Shown here piece by piece: positions 50,879-61,500 of a DNA stretch of 64,000 nucleotides. This stretch comes from Spirochaetaceae bacterium. Lineage in GTDB: Bacteria > Spirochaetota > Spirochaetia > DSM-2461. The stretch spans positions 2,144,001 through 2,208,000 of the forward strand of contig OZ245056.1 in the NCBI GenBank assembly GCA_965224705.1. The letters run 5' to 3'. The notes beneath the pieces were generated by a model. The model had not been told where the DNA came from, searched no databases, and worked only from the letters and a program-made list of their open reading frames with translations. A program made the position numbers and the translations under genes. Position 1 is the stretch's first letter, and each line of letters opens with the position of its first letter.

Positions 50879-51102
50879 CAGTGTCAGGAAGCCTGTTAAA
50901 TGGAGCAATTGCTTCCATCAAAAGAATTAATATATTATGGAACAATATTTACAAAACATCTTGCCGAAGAGACTTCTCATCATTCCAGATGAGTAATTTG
51001 CTGAATCACAACTATCGATGAGTATTGAACGGCGTATTGGGCAAGGATCCTCATCTAACCGAATTTAAATGGAACCAGGTTTTTACAGGCTTCCTGACAC
51101 TG
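50879..51102. mobile_element. 224-bp inverted-repeat element, family 2, overlapping the ligA 3' end
   Basis: CAGTGTCAGGAAGCCTGTTAA ... TTACAGGCTTCCTGACACTG; diverged homolog of 3460-3680. Confidence 0.8.
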
Positions 51103-53071
51103 GTTTTTCATCAACAATAATACCTTCTTCGGATAGAAATTCATCGTAGGAAACAATCTGAATCTTGTTCGCACGAGCTTTTTCCAGTTTTGCGGAAGTT
51201 GCGTTTGGATCGTTACAGATTACCTTCACAGTGTTTTTGGTGACAGTCCCGGTTACTTCCCAGCCGTTTTTTTTAAGAGCTGATATGAGAATTTTGCGGG
51301 GTACGGGTGCCTTTCCTGTCAGGCAGAGAGAATCTTTAGCCTGTACACTGAAGGAACTTTCATGAATCTCAATGATTTCCAATAATTCCTGAACCATTGC
51401 CATGTTTCGTTCCATACTCTTCCATTCTATAATACGTTTCCCGATGGTATATGTCTCATCATTGAAATTCATGAAATCTTCAATTGATGTGATGCCAAGG
51501 CGGCTGAGGGACTTTTCCTGGACCATGGGTATGCCTAATCGGCCTATGAATTCAATGGGTGTCATGGTTTTGCGTCTGGCAGTCTGTTTGAGGAAGTTTT
51601 CAGTTCGTTTCTGACCAAATCCTTCCAGATTCTTAAAATCTTCTTCTGTCAATGTATAAAGATCTTTTACGGATCGGAGCTTGCCGGAATCGTATAATAA
51701 TTCAAGGGTGTGCAATGCAATTTGTTCCATGTCATTCTGCCTTACCCAATAGAGGATGGACTGCAATACCCTGTCACGGCATTCAGGATCAGGGCAGATG
51801 ATGTTCACACCGGATTCGACTGGTTTGGCACCACAGGATGGGCAATTTTCCGGCCAGAGTGTTGAATCTCGAAAGCCTTCTGGCCTGGAGGAGGCATCCG
51901 GATTGCCCCGGATATAGGGTATGACATCATTCGCCCGTTCGACCAGGATTGAATCCCCAACGGATAATCGGAGTTTCCGTACATTATCGGCATTGTGAAG
52001 GCTTGCCCGTTCAAGAGTAGCTCCCCCCAGGAAGACAGGACTGAACTGAGCAACAGGAGTAATATTCCCCTGACGGCTGACCTGCCAGATGATGTCTGTG
52101 AGAGTGGTGACTGCAGACTCTGACGGCGGTTTGAAGGCCAGAGCGTAGTGGTGATGATGACTGACTATCCAGCGATTGTCGATGGACTCATGGAGAAGAT
52201 TGTTGTCAACCAGAATGATGAGGCCGTCAGTCTCATAGTTCCATTTATTCCTTAGATTGATGATGTAGCTGTTATAGATATTTTCCAGCTGGCGGATAAT
52301 GCCTCCAATGCGGGAATCGGCATCCGGAGTCAACAGCCATTTTTCAAAAGTATAGAATCCGGACTCGGTCAGTATGTCCAGTTTAGCAAACTCTGAGTTA
52401 AAACGCTGATCCATATTCGCGATATACGGGGGGGGGGCCGATGCTCCGGACTGTTTGCTGTCTGACTGCGGCCAGATTATTTGATAGGCAAGGAATCGAA
52501 CATATTGAAGATCTTCGCGATGTGTTTTTCTGTTGATTAAGCCAACACAATTGTTTCGCAGAGGACGGTTGTCTGTGTTGTATTCGGTATCTTTGGGTAG
52601 ATGGAGTTCCCCTCTTACTTCCACAGGATCAGAAGTAAAGGTTATTTTTTCGGGAATATCCCTGATGAATTCAGCAACATGGGTGATGTCCTGACCAACA
52701 GATCCATCACCACGGGTAGCCACACTGGTCAGGCGGCTATTGGTATAGCTAAGGGTGGCCGATAATCCATCAATCTTTGGTTGAACGGTCAGGGCCCAGG
52801 AGGGATGGGGATCCAGGCGCCGCAGCCATTTCTCCACTTCCTGTAGATTTTTTGCCTTCGCCATGGAGAGCATGGGTACCTTGTGCTGAATTTTGCTGCT
52901 GGTCTCTGCTCCTATTGCCCCAACAAGGGAAAAATACTCATGGTTGGGATCGATGCTTCTCAATTCCTCTTCGAGGGCATCGAATTCCGCATCGTTCATC
53001 AGCGGGCTGTCTCTATTGTAATATGCCTCGCGGGCTTCCTGGAGGAGATTGACCAGTTTACTGGTTTTCAT
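51083..53071 (-). CDS. ligA: NAD-dependent DNA ligase
   Basis: AYY...PLM.DAEFD.L, H.VPMLS, KIDG, TRGDG..G.D.T, EVRGE, DG, A.K, CPSC zinc finger, C-terminal BRCT. Confidence 0.95.
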   Translation of the reverse strand: MKTSKLVNLLQEAREAYYNRDSPLMNDAEFDALEEELRSIDPNHEYFSLVGAIGAETSSKIQHKVPMLSMAKAKNLQEVEKWLRRLDPHPSWALTVQPKIDGLSATLSYTNSRLTSVATRGDGSVGQDITHVAEFIRDIPEKITFTSDPVEVRGELHLPKDTEYNTDNRPLRNNCVGLINRKTHREDLQYVRFLAYQIIWPQSDSKQSGASAPPPYIANMDQRFNSEFAKLDILTESGFYTFEKWLLTPDADSRIGGIIRQLENIYNSYIINLRNKWNYETDGLIILVDNNLLHESIDNRWIVSHHHHYALAFKPPSESAVTTLTDIIWQVSRQGNITPVAQFSPVFLGGATLERASLHNADNVRKLRLSVGDSILVERANDVIPYIRGNPDASSRPEGFRDSTLWPENCPSCGAKPVESGVNIICPDPECRDRVLQSILYWVRQNDMEQIALHTLELLYDSGKLRSVKDLYTLTEEDFKNLEGFGQKRTENFLKQTARRKTMTPIEFIGRLGIPMVQEKSLSRLGITSIEDFMNFNDETYTIGKRIIEWKSMERNMAMVQELLEIIEIHESSFSVQAKDSLCLTGKAPVPRKILISALKKNGWEVTGTVTKNTVKVICNDPNATSAKLEKARANKIQIVSYDEFLSEEGIIVDEKPVSGSL

Positions 53072-54525
53072 TATTCCCCTTCAGGGATTGCTTCCTGTTC
53101 CTCATTGCGGAGAATTCGGTATAGAGTGAGATCTCCATTTCCAGAAATACGAGGAACTGGAGATGGATGCATTTCAGACCATTCATCATTGATGGAATCA
53201 TATCCTCCTGGAGACCAGGATTCAATAACGTCGGGATGGATATAGGGTGTTATCTGAGAATTACTGGACTGGGGGGAACCTGTCGATCGGGCAAGCATTC
53301 TTGCCAGTGGATAATTTCTACTACCACGGTTTTTGTAGCCGTTTTCAATACCGGACTGACGGTCTCTGTCAAAGGCGGCGAGACTCCATGCCAGGGCTGT
53401 TCTACCTGATTCATCCTGAGCTGCGGCATTGTTTGCCAGGGGGAGGAGTTTTCTTACGGCAAATGAGTCACTCATCCAGGCGGCAAGCATCAACAGGGTT
53501 ATCCCCTCCCGGCCTTCATCCGGTAGGGGTAATTTGAAGGAAATAAGGCGTTCCAATATGCCGGGATGTCCTGATATAACAGCCCAGTAGTAAGGAGATG
53601 TTTCCAGTGTTTTCTTTTGCAGGACATTGCGTTCAAAGCGGGTTGGATTGACAATCATTTCACTTGTGAGTAGTTGATCAAGTATGGTGATAGTTCCACT
53701 GATTACAGCATAGCTGATTGCATCCACACCGTAGCGGTCAATTCTTCCTGCAGAAGCACCCCGCTGCAGCAGCAGAGTTATCAATGGTTGATGCCCGTAC
53801 CAGGATGCGATCATGAGAGGGGTTATGCCCTGAGAATCGCTTTTATTGGGATCTGCCCGGCGATTGAGAAGACTCACCGCTGTATACCAGTTTCCATCCC
53901 GGACTGCCCTGTGGAGGCCCCATTCTTCCGATACCCAATCCGGTGAATTCACATTGTCTTCGAGCCGGGCCAATCCTCTCCAGATTCGATTATCCAGGGG
54001 GATGCGGCATACGGGGAGATTCAGGGGATTTCCTGTCTCCGGTTCTCCAAGAAGTAATCCATCGGCACCGGCTTCTATCAACCGGCGAGTGATGGAGAAT
54101 TCCCCCCTGTCGATGGCCATGGTCAGGGCAGAGGCCGGTTTGTCAGCCATAACATCTGTAATCACATTGGGGTTGGATCCTGAGTTCAACAGCTGCATAA
54201 GTAAATCTGCCCGACCCATTCTGACCGCTGTCATCAGAGGTGTCAGGCCGCTTCGGCCGATGAGATCTGAGTCTGCTCTGGCCTTCAGTATTCTTTGAAC
54301 CAGTCTGTATTGACCAGATTTTACCGCATATATCAGGGGAGTTTGTCCTGTGGCATCCCTCTGGTCTGGATTGGCACCCGAGAGAATCAGTTCATCAATC
54401 AGGCTGAGATCACCTGCTGAAACAGCCATGGCCAGTTCGCCTGCCTGGGGAATGCTGTTCGCATGGAGCATTATGGAGAGGAGGAAGAAAGTTAAGGTCT
54501 GTATCCTGAAGGAAGGGAACTTCAT
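53071..54525 (-). CDS. Exported ankyrin-repeat protein
   Basis: Signal peptide; repeated G.TPL..A...G....V..LL..GA units. Confidence 0.88.
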   Translation of the reverse strand: MKFPSFRIQTLTFFLLSIMLHANSIPQAGELAMAVSAGDLSLIDELILSGANPDQRDATGQTPLIYAVKSGQYRLVQRILKARADSDLIGRSGLTPLMTAVRMGRADLLMQLLNSGSNPNVITDVMADKPASALTMAIDRGEFSITRRLIEAGADGLLLGEPETGNPLNLPVCRIPLDNRIWRGLARLEDNVNSPDWVSEEWGLHRAVRDGNWYTAVSLLNRRADPNKSDSQGITPLMIASWYGHQPLITLLLQRGASAGRIDRYGVDAISYAVISGTITILDQLLTSEMIVNPTRFERNVLQKKTLETSPYYWAVISGHPGILERLISFKLPLPDEGREGITLLMLAAWMSDSFAVRKLLPLANNAAAQDESGRTALAWSLAAFDRDRQSGIENGYKNRGSRNYPLARMLARSTGSPQSSNSQITPYIHPDVIESWSPGGYDSINDEWSEMHPSPVPRISGNGDLTLYRILRNEEQEAIPEGE

Positions 54526-54699
54526 TATTGGAGTTATCGGCTGGAATGGGTATTATCCTCAACGGACTTACCTGACTTTCTTAGATAGGATCAATCGTAT
54601 GCTATAAACTCTCCAGGAGTGGACGATAGGAGCAATATCCGGCTGCCGAAAAGTTGAATTATACGTCCTATTAAACTACCAAAGGAAACAGTGAACGGA

Positions 54700-55248
54700 T
54701 TAATCCCTCTGGACCCTGACAATAAGGACCGGCACTTTTGAGTGTTTGGCAACATGAAGTACGGTATCTCCCATCAGGGTCGCTTTGATCAGGCCGTGCC
54801 CATGGGAGGCCATCACAATGAGATCGTAGTGATTCTCTTCAGCTTCCTTTAGAATCTGATCCACCGGGCGGCCCATTCTAACTTCGATACGATAGGTGAT
54901 ATCCGCATTCTCATCTCCAATGAATTCCTGCAAATCTTCATGAAACTGGCTGACACATTCCTTTATGGCAGCATTATCTCTTTTGCGGTTGATCAGAATA
55001 CTTCTTACTTCTTCCAGATTCCGTGTTTTGATCTCGTCCCATAGTTTTTCATCCACATACCCAAAGAGACGGCTGTCCAATTCCATGCCGCCTTCAATAA
55101 CGTGAAAAACAGTGAGTTCAGCTCCATATCGGCGGGCCAGACTTGCTGCGTGATGGAATGCGAAACGGCCACTCTCTGACAGATCTGTTGTATGAAGGAT
55201 TTTCTTATACGCTATCTCCGGTATTCTATTGGGAACTTTTTCTTTCAT
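54700..55248 (-). CDS. Universal stress protein (UspA family)
   Basis: YKKIL.TTDLSE, DLIVMASHG, LMG.T...V.KHS.VPVLIVR. Confidence 0.93.
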   Translation of the reverse strand: MKEKVPNRIPEIAYKKILHTTDLSESGRFAFHHAASLARRYGAELTVFHVIEGGMELDSRLFGYVDEKLWDEIKTRNLEEVRSILINRKRDNAAIKECVSQFHEDLQEFIGDENADITYRIEVRMGRPVDQILKEAEENHYDLIVMASHGHGLIKATLMGDTVLHVAKHSKVPVLIVRVQRD

Positions 55249-55283
55249 GTTTCTCCTCTTTTATTTATGACCTTCAAATGCAT

Positions 55284-57002
55284 CTAGACAGCTGCGTTCT
55301 TTAACTTCGGTATCCAGATGCCGCTTAACAGCCAACTATATGCATATGTACCAAGAATAATCAATACAAATGCCTTAACGATATCCATTGTGCTGCCATC
55401 CAGCGTGAATCCCGGCACGTAGCCAAAAAGGAAGGCTCCAAGGTATAGAAACTTTGCAAACTTGAATGCCGAAAAAGCTGTCTGCCACATATTGGCCTTG
55501 GCTATTGTTGCGCCCGCAAACGCGGCGATACAAACTGGCGGCGTGATATTGGAATCCTGGGAAAGCCAGTAAACAATCATATGTGCCGCAATCTCATTAA
55601 CCCCCAGATGTGTTAAGGCGGGAACAGCCACAACGGCTGTAATAAGGTAGGCCGCCGTAACGGGCACCCCCATACCCAGCACGAGGGAAACCAGTGCTAT
55701 CAGGAGTATTGTCAGGAAAAGCTTCCCGGCCGCAAGCTCAATAACGATGTCGGCAATGGTCAGCATCAGCCCGCTGTAGGTAAGAACGCCGATGATAATA
55801 CCAATCACCCCAATCGTCGCCCCTATCTTGAGACTGCTCTCTGTGCCGGATCGGGCGGCTTCCAGAAATCCTTTAAGGCCGATCCGTGTGTCTTTCTTAA
55901 ACAAACTGACCACGTAACAGGCAATAATTCCTAATATGGCTGAATAGGCAGGGGAGTAGCCGGCGAGCATGAATGCCGTAATGACAACCAGTGGAAGAAT
56001 GTAGAACCACTCTTTTTTCAGAATTTGAATGGCGCCTACCCCTGATCGTTCACCTGTAATGTTATTCTTTTTCGCATAGAAGTGTACCATCAGATACACG
56101 CTGTAGAAGTACATGACTGCAGGGAAAATAGCAATGAGCATGATTCTTGAGTACGGCATGCCCGTGAGTTCCGCCATGATGAATCCGCCGGCGCCCATAA
56201 TAGGAGGCATGAACATCCCGCCAATAGAAGCGGCCGGTTCAATGCCCCCGGCTATGTGGGGTTTGAATCCCGCCTTCTTCATCATGGGGATGGTAAACGC
56301 TCCGGTGGAAACTGTATTGGCGATCGCACTGCCGGAAATTGATCCAAATAGACCGCTGGCAATGACCGATACTTTGCCGGGGCCGCCGGTTTTATGCCCA
56401 ACTGCCGCAAGGGGATAATCGATGAAAAACTTCTCGGCACCGCACTTTTCCAGGAAAGCTCCAAATATAACAAAGAGAAGTACATAGGTGGCCAATACAT
56501 TGGCCATGATTCCAAATATACCATCACTCTTGTAGAAGATGCTCACACATAATTCCGGAAAAGTATCCCCTGCATGGGAGATTAAATCAGGCATGAATTC
56601 GCCATAAACGCCATACAGAATCAGCGATATTCCCAGGATGACGAATACCAGTCCGACAACTCGTCTTGCCAGCTCAATTCCTATAAGTACGCCGATAACA
56701 GCCATGGCCATGTCTAATTGTGTTTCCGCCCCGGTGCGGTAGTTAATCAATTCAAAATTCAGTATCCAGTAGCCAATGCTGACGATGGAAAGCAAAATCA
56801 GCATGTAGTCAAGAATGCGCATAACAGGTTTTTTTGACCTGTAGAGTAGAAACACAAGTACATAGGTTATAATAACATAGATGCCTCGGTGAAACTGGGT
56901 GGAGGCGGGTTTCAACACTGCCGAGTAGGAATAGAAAAGGACAAGACAGACGGCACATATATCGAAAAAGATCTTCTCAACTTTGTTCAAGTTTTCATAC
57001 AT
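55284..57002 (-). CDS. TRAP transporter fused permease (TAXI-associated DctM)
   Basis: GGPGKVSV.AS.LFGSISGS..AN..STG.FTIPMMK, E.AAS.GG..MPPIMGA, ITPPVC.AAF. Confidence 0.93.
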   Translation of the reverse strand: MYENLNKVEKIFFDICAVCLVLFYSYSAVLKPASTQFHRGIYVIITYVLVFLLYRSKKPVMRILDYMLILLSIVSIGYWILNFELINYRTGAETQLDMAMAVIGVLIGIELARRVVGLVFVILGISLILYGVYGEFMPDLISHAGDTFPELCVSIFYKSDGIFGIMANVLATYVLLFVIFGAFLEKCGAEKFFIDYPLAAVGHKTGGPGKVSVIASGLFGSISGSAIANTVSTGAFTIPMMKKAGFKPHIAGGIEPAASIGGMFMPPIMGAGGFIMAELTGMPYSRIMLIAIFPAVMYFYSVYLMVHFYAKKNNITGERSGVGAIQILKKEWFYILPLVVITAFMLAGYSPAYSAILGIIACYVVSLFKKDTRIGLKGFLEAARSGTESSLKIGATIGVIGIIIGVLTYSGLMLTIADIVIELAAGKLFLTILLIALVSLVLGMGVPVTAAYLITAVVAVPALTHLGVNEIAAHMIVYWLSQDSNITPPVCIAAFAGATIAKANMWQTAFSAFKFAKFLYLGAFLFGYVPGFTLDGSTMDIVKAFVLIILGTYAYSWLLSGIWIPKLKNAAV

Positions 57003-57070
57003 ATCTTTCCATACCTCCCGCAGCGTTCAGAGGTGGCAGGCACCACCCCTGAAGTTTAATTCTTACACGG

Positions 57071-58084
57071 CTAAAGTATACCTTTCTCTTTCCAGAATCT
57101 TTCAGCGCCGGGATGAATTGGCGTGACGATACCTTTTACCCCATCTTCGACACTCATTGCAGCGAAGGTCTTTTTCTGACTGACCATGTATGCCAGGCCT
57201 TCATCGGTGAATATCAATGACATGAGTTCATAGACAATGTCTTCCGGTACATCCTTGTTCACAACCCACAGAGTTGAGTCGAAGAAAGACGGGGTCTCGT
57301 AATCGACTCCTTTGTACGTGTCGGCCGGGATTGTAAGCTGTCCGAAATAGGGATATTTATCGAAGTATCCACTGTCCTGTGCATCTCTGCCAAGATCGAT
57401 GAGGGCGATATCAGATGTCTGCGCGGCCATGATAACAGCACCGCTCGGGAATGCTGTGAATAACCAGAATGCGTCCAGCTGATTGTTGCCAAATGCCTGG
57501 GCGGCATCGTTGTACCCCATGGCATTTCTTTCAACACTGTCCCAGATCCCAAGGTGAGTGAAGAACATCTCACAGTTGGCAAATGCTCCGGAACCTGCAT
57601 TCCCGACACCGACTTTTTTGCCGACAAGATCCTTCGTGCTTTCGATCCCCGAATCCTTTTTGACGACAAGTTGGGCCGGGGCACCATAGAGGTAAGAAAC
57701 CGCCATGACATTCTCATACTTGACAGTGTCATTTTTCATCAGTCCATTTCGTCCAAGGTATACATGACCGGAATAGACCACTGAGAAATCATGCTTTCCG
57801 GAATCGGCCTTTCTCAGATTTTCTACCGAACCGGCTGACGACTGAGCTTTAACGGTGAATCCCTCCACATTTTGGACCGGATCGTAGGTCTGTATGGCAT
57901 TGGCAACCACCTGGAAAGTCCCTCCGGCAGGCCCGCCTCCAAACACAATCCTTCTGGCTTCAACTTCCTCCTCCTTCTCGACTGCAGCAGGCTCCGTGTC
58001 TGCTGTTTGACTCTTTTTCGCACATGCTCCGGTCATCATAACCAGAAGCAGAACCATCGCGAAAAACAGGGCCTTCTTCATCAT
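57071..58084 (-). CDS. TAXI-family TRAP solute-binding lipoprotein
   Basis: MTGAC lipobox, GG.AGGTF, S.GSVENL, DL.GKKV.VG..GSG, P.HPGA.RF..E. Confidence 0.93.
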   Translation of the reverse strand: MMKKALFFAMVLLLVMMTGACAKKSQTADTEPAAVEKEEEVEARRIVFGGGPAGGTFQVVANAIQTYDPVQNVEGFTVKAQSSAGSVENLRKADSGKHDFSVVYSGHVYLGRNGLMKNDTVKYENVMAVSYLYGAPAQLVVKKDSGIESTKDLVGKKVGVGNAGSGAFANCEMFFTHLGIWDSVERNAMGYNDAAQAFGNNQLDAFWLFTAFPSGAVIMAAQTSDIALIDLGRDAQDSGYFDKYPYFGQLTIPADTYKGVDYETPSFFDSTLWVVNKDVPEDIVYELMSLIFTDEGLAYMVSQKKTFAAMSVEDGVKGIVTPIHPGAERFWKEKGIL

Positions 58085-58349
58085 ACGACTACTCCTCCTC
58101 TATTATTGAATCATCTCAATGACCATGAAACATTCCTGGTTCACTGTAAGATTGACTACAATATCTATTCTGGATGTAACTCATGGAAGGGTCAAGGGGC
58201 AGGACAATCGTATCTAATTATATCCTGAAAAAGAATGAAAATAATAATTCTGAGGGTCGTCAGGAAATGCTGGTGTGTCTCGGATTGGGTTAAGAACGAT
58301 TTCACCGCCAGGCATAAAAAGCTGGCAGGGATAATGACTATCTGCTTTC

Positions 58350-58375
58350 TGTGGATTTTAGATGCGATTACCCTG
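58350..58375 (+). repeat. Isolated terminal fragment of MITE family 3
   Basis: tgtggattttagatgcgattaccctg matches the reverse complement of 31302-31327 with one mismatch. Confidence 0.7.
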
Positions 58376-58435
58376 CATTCGTCTTCTTGCCTCCTCCCAA
58401 AGAATCAAATAAAATGCCCCTTATAAGGAATTTGA

Positions 58436-58548
58436 AGTGTCAGAAAGCTTGTTAAAACAAAGAAATGCCTCTTCAGTACAACTCTGTCAATGGCTTAAAA
58501 CCCTGTAATAACTGGGAATAATTAGAATTTAACAAGCTTTCTGACACT
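58436..58548. mobile_element. 113-bp inverted-repeat element, family 2 ends
   Basis: Perfect 21-bp IR AGTGTCAGAAAGCTTGTTAAA / TTTAACAAGCTTTCTGACACT, 24 bp upstream of the caspase gene. Confidence 0.78.
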
Positions 58549-58572
58549 CCGTAAGAAACTGGAGGCCCCGAA

Positions 58573-61500
58573 ATGAAAAAAATTACCCTTCTACTGATGC
58601 TACTAATCATCGCCGTACTAACCCTACCGGCCCAGGAGAAAGTGGCCCTTGTTATCGGCAACAGTGCCTACGAGCACGCGGCCTCGCTTAAAAACCCGTT
58701 AAACGATGCCCAGGACATCGGAGCCACGCTGGAAAATCTGGGCTTCTCGGTTACCCGGGCCCTGGATGCCAGCCGGGGAGAAATCCAGCAGGTGGTGGAC
58801 CGCTTTCAGGAGGCATCTTCCCGAAGGGGAACCAAGGTGGCCCTGTTCTACTACTCCGGCCACGGGGTGGAATACGAGGGAAGCAATTACATAATTCCCG
58901 TGAATGCGGAGATCCGCAACGAGTATGAGCTGGTGGACCAGGCCTTTAGCGCAGACCGGATTGTGAAGGCCATGGACCGGAACCGGGCCGCCTTTAACCT
59001 GGTGATACTGGATGCCTGCCGGGACAATCCATTTTTTTCAAGCCGAAGCGGCAGCCGGGGCCTGGCCTCGATGAGCGGGGGAGGGCGGAGCATGATAGTC
59101 TTTGCCACCAGTCCAGGCCAGGTGGCCGCCGATGGTTCGGGCCGCAACAGTCCGTTTACCAAAGCCTTCATTGAGCATGCCGCCACGCCGGGTTTGGAAG
59201 TCACCGCCATGATGAAGGCCATCAACGGGACGGTGCAGAAACTCACCAGCGGCAGACAGGTGCCCTGGTACACAACATCTTACTCTGAAGACGTGTTTTT
59301 AAGCGCAGCCGAAGAACTGACCGGCGCGGATGGCCTTGTGGGCAGGGTGAACCGGGAAATCGCCGCCCTGGAAGCGGCCATTGCCCAGAGGGAGAAGGCC
59401 ATTGCCTCGGCCCGGACCGAGGCGGAAAAGCGGCTTCTGGAACTGGAACAGCGGCGGGCACGGGCCGAGGAAAGTGCCAAAAGGATGCAGGCCGAACAAC
59501 TGGCGGAAATCGCCCTTCGCGCCAAAGATTTCCTGCAGCAGAAGGAATCGGAAGATGCCCTCCGTGCGTCAATGGAAAAACAGCTCTCCGCCCAGAAAGC
59601 CGCGCTCACCGAGCAGGCAAAGGCACGGCGTGGAGAGCTTCAGAAGCTGAACGAAAAGAATGCAGCGGAGGCGGGAATATGGTTACGGCTTGAAAAAATC
59701 GTCAGTGTAAAAAATGCGATAGCCGAAATAGGCCAACGCTTTGATGCGGCCATTGCCAAAATGGAAAAAGAGGTGAACGCTCTCTACGATCAGCAGAAAA
59801 CGGCGGTGAAGGTCGAAAACCCCAAGGAACCCTTTGAAACCCAGGAAGAATACGAGACCCGTATCCGGGGAATGGAGAGGAGCATCGAAGGCAAAAGAAG
59901 GACCGAATTAAACCGCCGCCGCCGTGAGTTCAACAATACCCGCAGCACGGAGTTGGCGGACTTCCAAAAACAGCTTCCCGAACTCAAAAAAGATCTGGAT
60001 GGCCGCCGGTTTACCCTTGATTTCTCTGCCACGACGGTGGAGGTGTCCCCATTTAATGCCAAAACCAAGCAGTTTCCCATGGAAGTAAGACCGACCGACC
60101 AGCGGTTCAAATTTGCCGTACCGGTGGCCCACACCCTGAAGGCCTCTGGCTTTGAGGCCATGAAGAAGGCATACTATCAGGTGTATCAGGCCGACCAGAC
60201 CGGCGGATTGGCCGGAGAGCTAACCTACACGGCCAAAGAGGCCCATCCCGACATCTGGGTGCTGGAGGCTAACCGGGCCCGGGTGGTGAATCTGCTGGAA
60301 AACGATGCGGAAGTCGTCCGAACGGTGACGCCGGAGGAGCAGATGCTGGTGAGCACGGCCGGGGGCAAGGTAGACACTCTGGCCGCCGCGGTGATGCTGG
60401 AATCGCAGGGTGGACGGGCCAATGTGAGTGTCAACGGCAAACCGGCGGGCACCACGCCGGTGCTCTACACCCTGCCGGACTATGCGGGAACGGTGAAGGT
60501 GGAATACAGCTGGGGTGCATCCCAACGGGTGTTCTCCATCGTCCTGCATTCCGGGTTGAATGCTCCTGCCATTGCCTCCACCCAGAGACTTGAGCGGCGC
60601 TGGGGCAGGGCCGACACCGCCCGGCTGGGGCTGGCCGTAGAGGGCCTGTCCCCGGCCAACAAAAGTAAAACCGAGAATGCTACGCCAAGTTTGAGCTGGA
60701 ATGCCGCCTCTGGGGCGGCGGGTTACCAGGTGCAGATGGCAAGTAGCCGGGGAGGGCTGGAAAAGGCTTCGCCTGTTGGGGTTGCCTCTCGCCGAAGAAG
60801 CCGTGGAGCCTATACCCCTGCGGAACCGCTGAAAAGGAATCAAACCCACTACTGGCGGGTGAGGGCCGTGGATGGAAACGGGCATTTTGGAGCATGGAGT
60901 GCCGTTGAGTCAATCGCCGTCGTGCCAATCGCCGTCGCGTCAATCAATGTACATCCAGTTCCTGTTCCTGATGGCTATGTGCTGGTGGAGGGGGGGACGT
61001 TTCGGATGGGGAGCCCTTCCAGTGAGGATGGCCGAGATGGCGATGAGAAACAGCATAGCGTAACGGTGGGATCGTTTTACATGAAGGCGACCGAGGTAAC
61101 GCAGAAAGAATGGCGGAAGGTGATGTGGAGGAATCCTTCCCGTTTTAGGGGGAATAACCGACCGGTGGAGAATGTGAGCTGGTTTGATGCGGTGAAGTAC
61201 TGCAATGCCCTGAGCAAGAGGGAGGGGCTGACGCCGGTGTACCGGATAAATGGAGATAGTGTAACGGCGAACTGGAGTGCGGACGGGTACCGCTTGCCGA
61301 CGGAGGCAGAGTGGGAATATGCGGCCCGGGGAGGGAGCCAATCACAGGGGTATAAGTATGCGGGAAGTAATAATGTGGATGAAGTGGGTTGGTACGGTGG
61401 TAATTCCGGGAGTAGCCCGGTGAAGGACAAGAAGGCCAATGAGCTGGGGCTGTATGACATGAGTGGGAATGTCTGGGAATGGTGCTGGGACTGGTATGGG

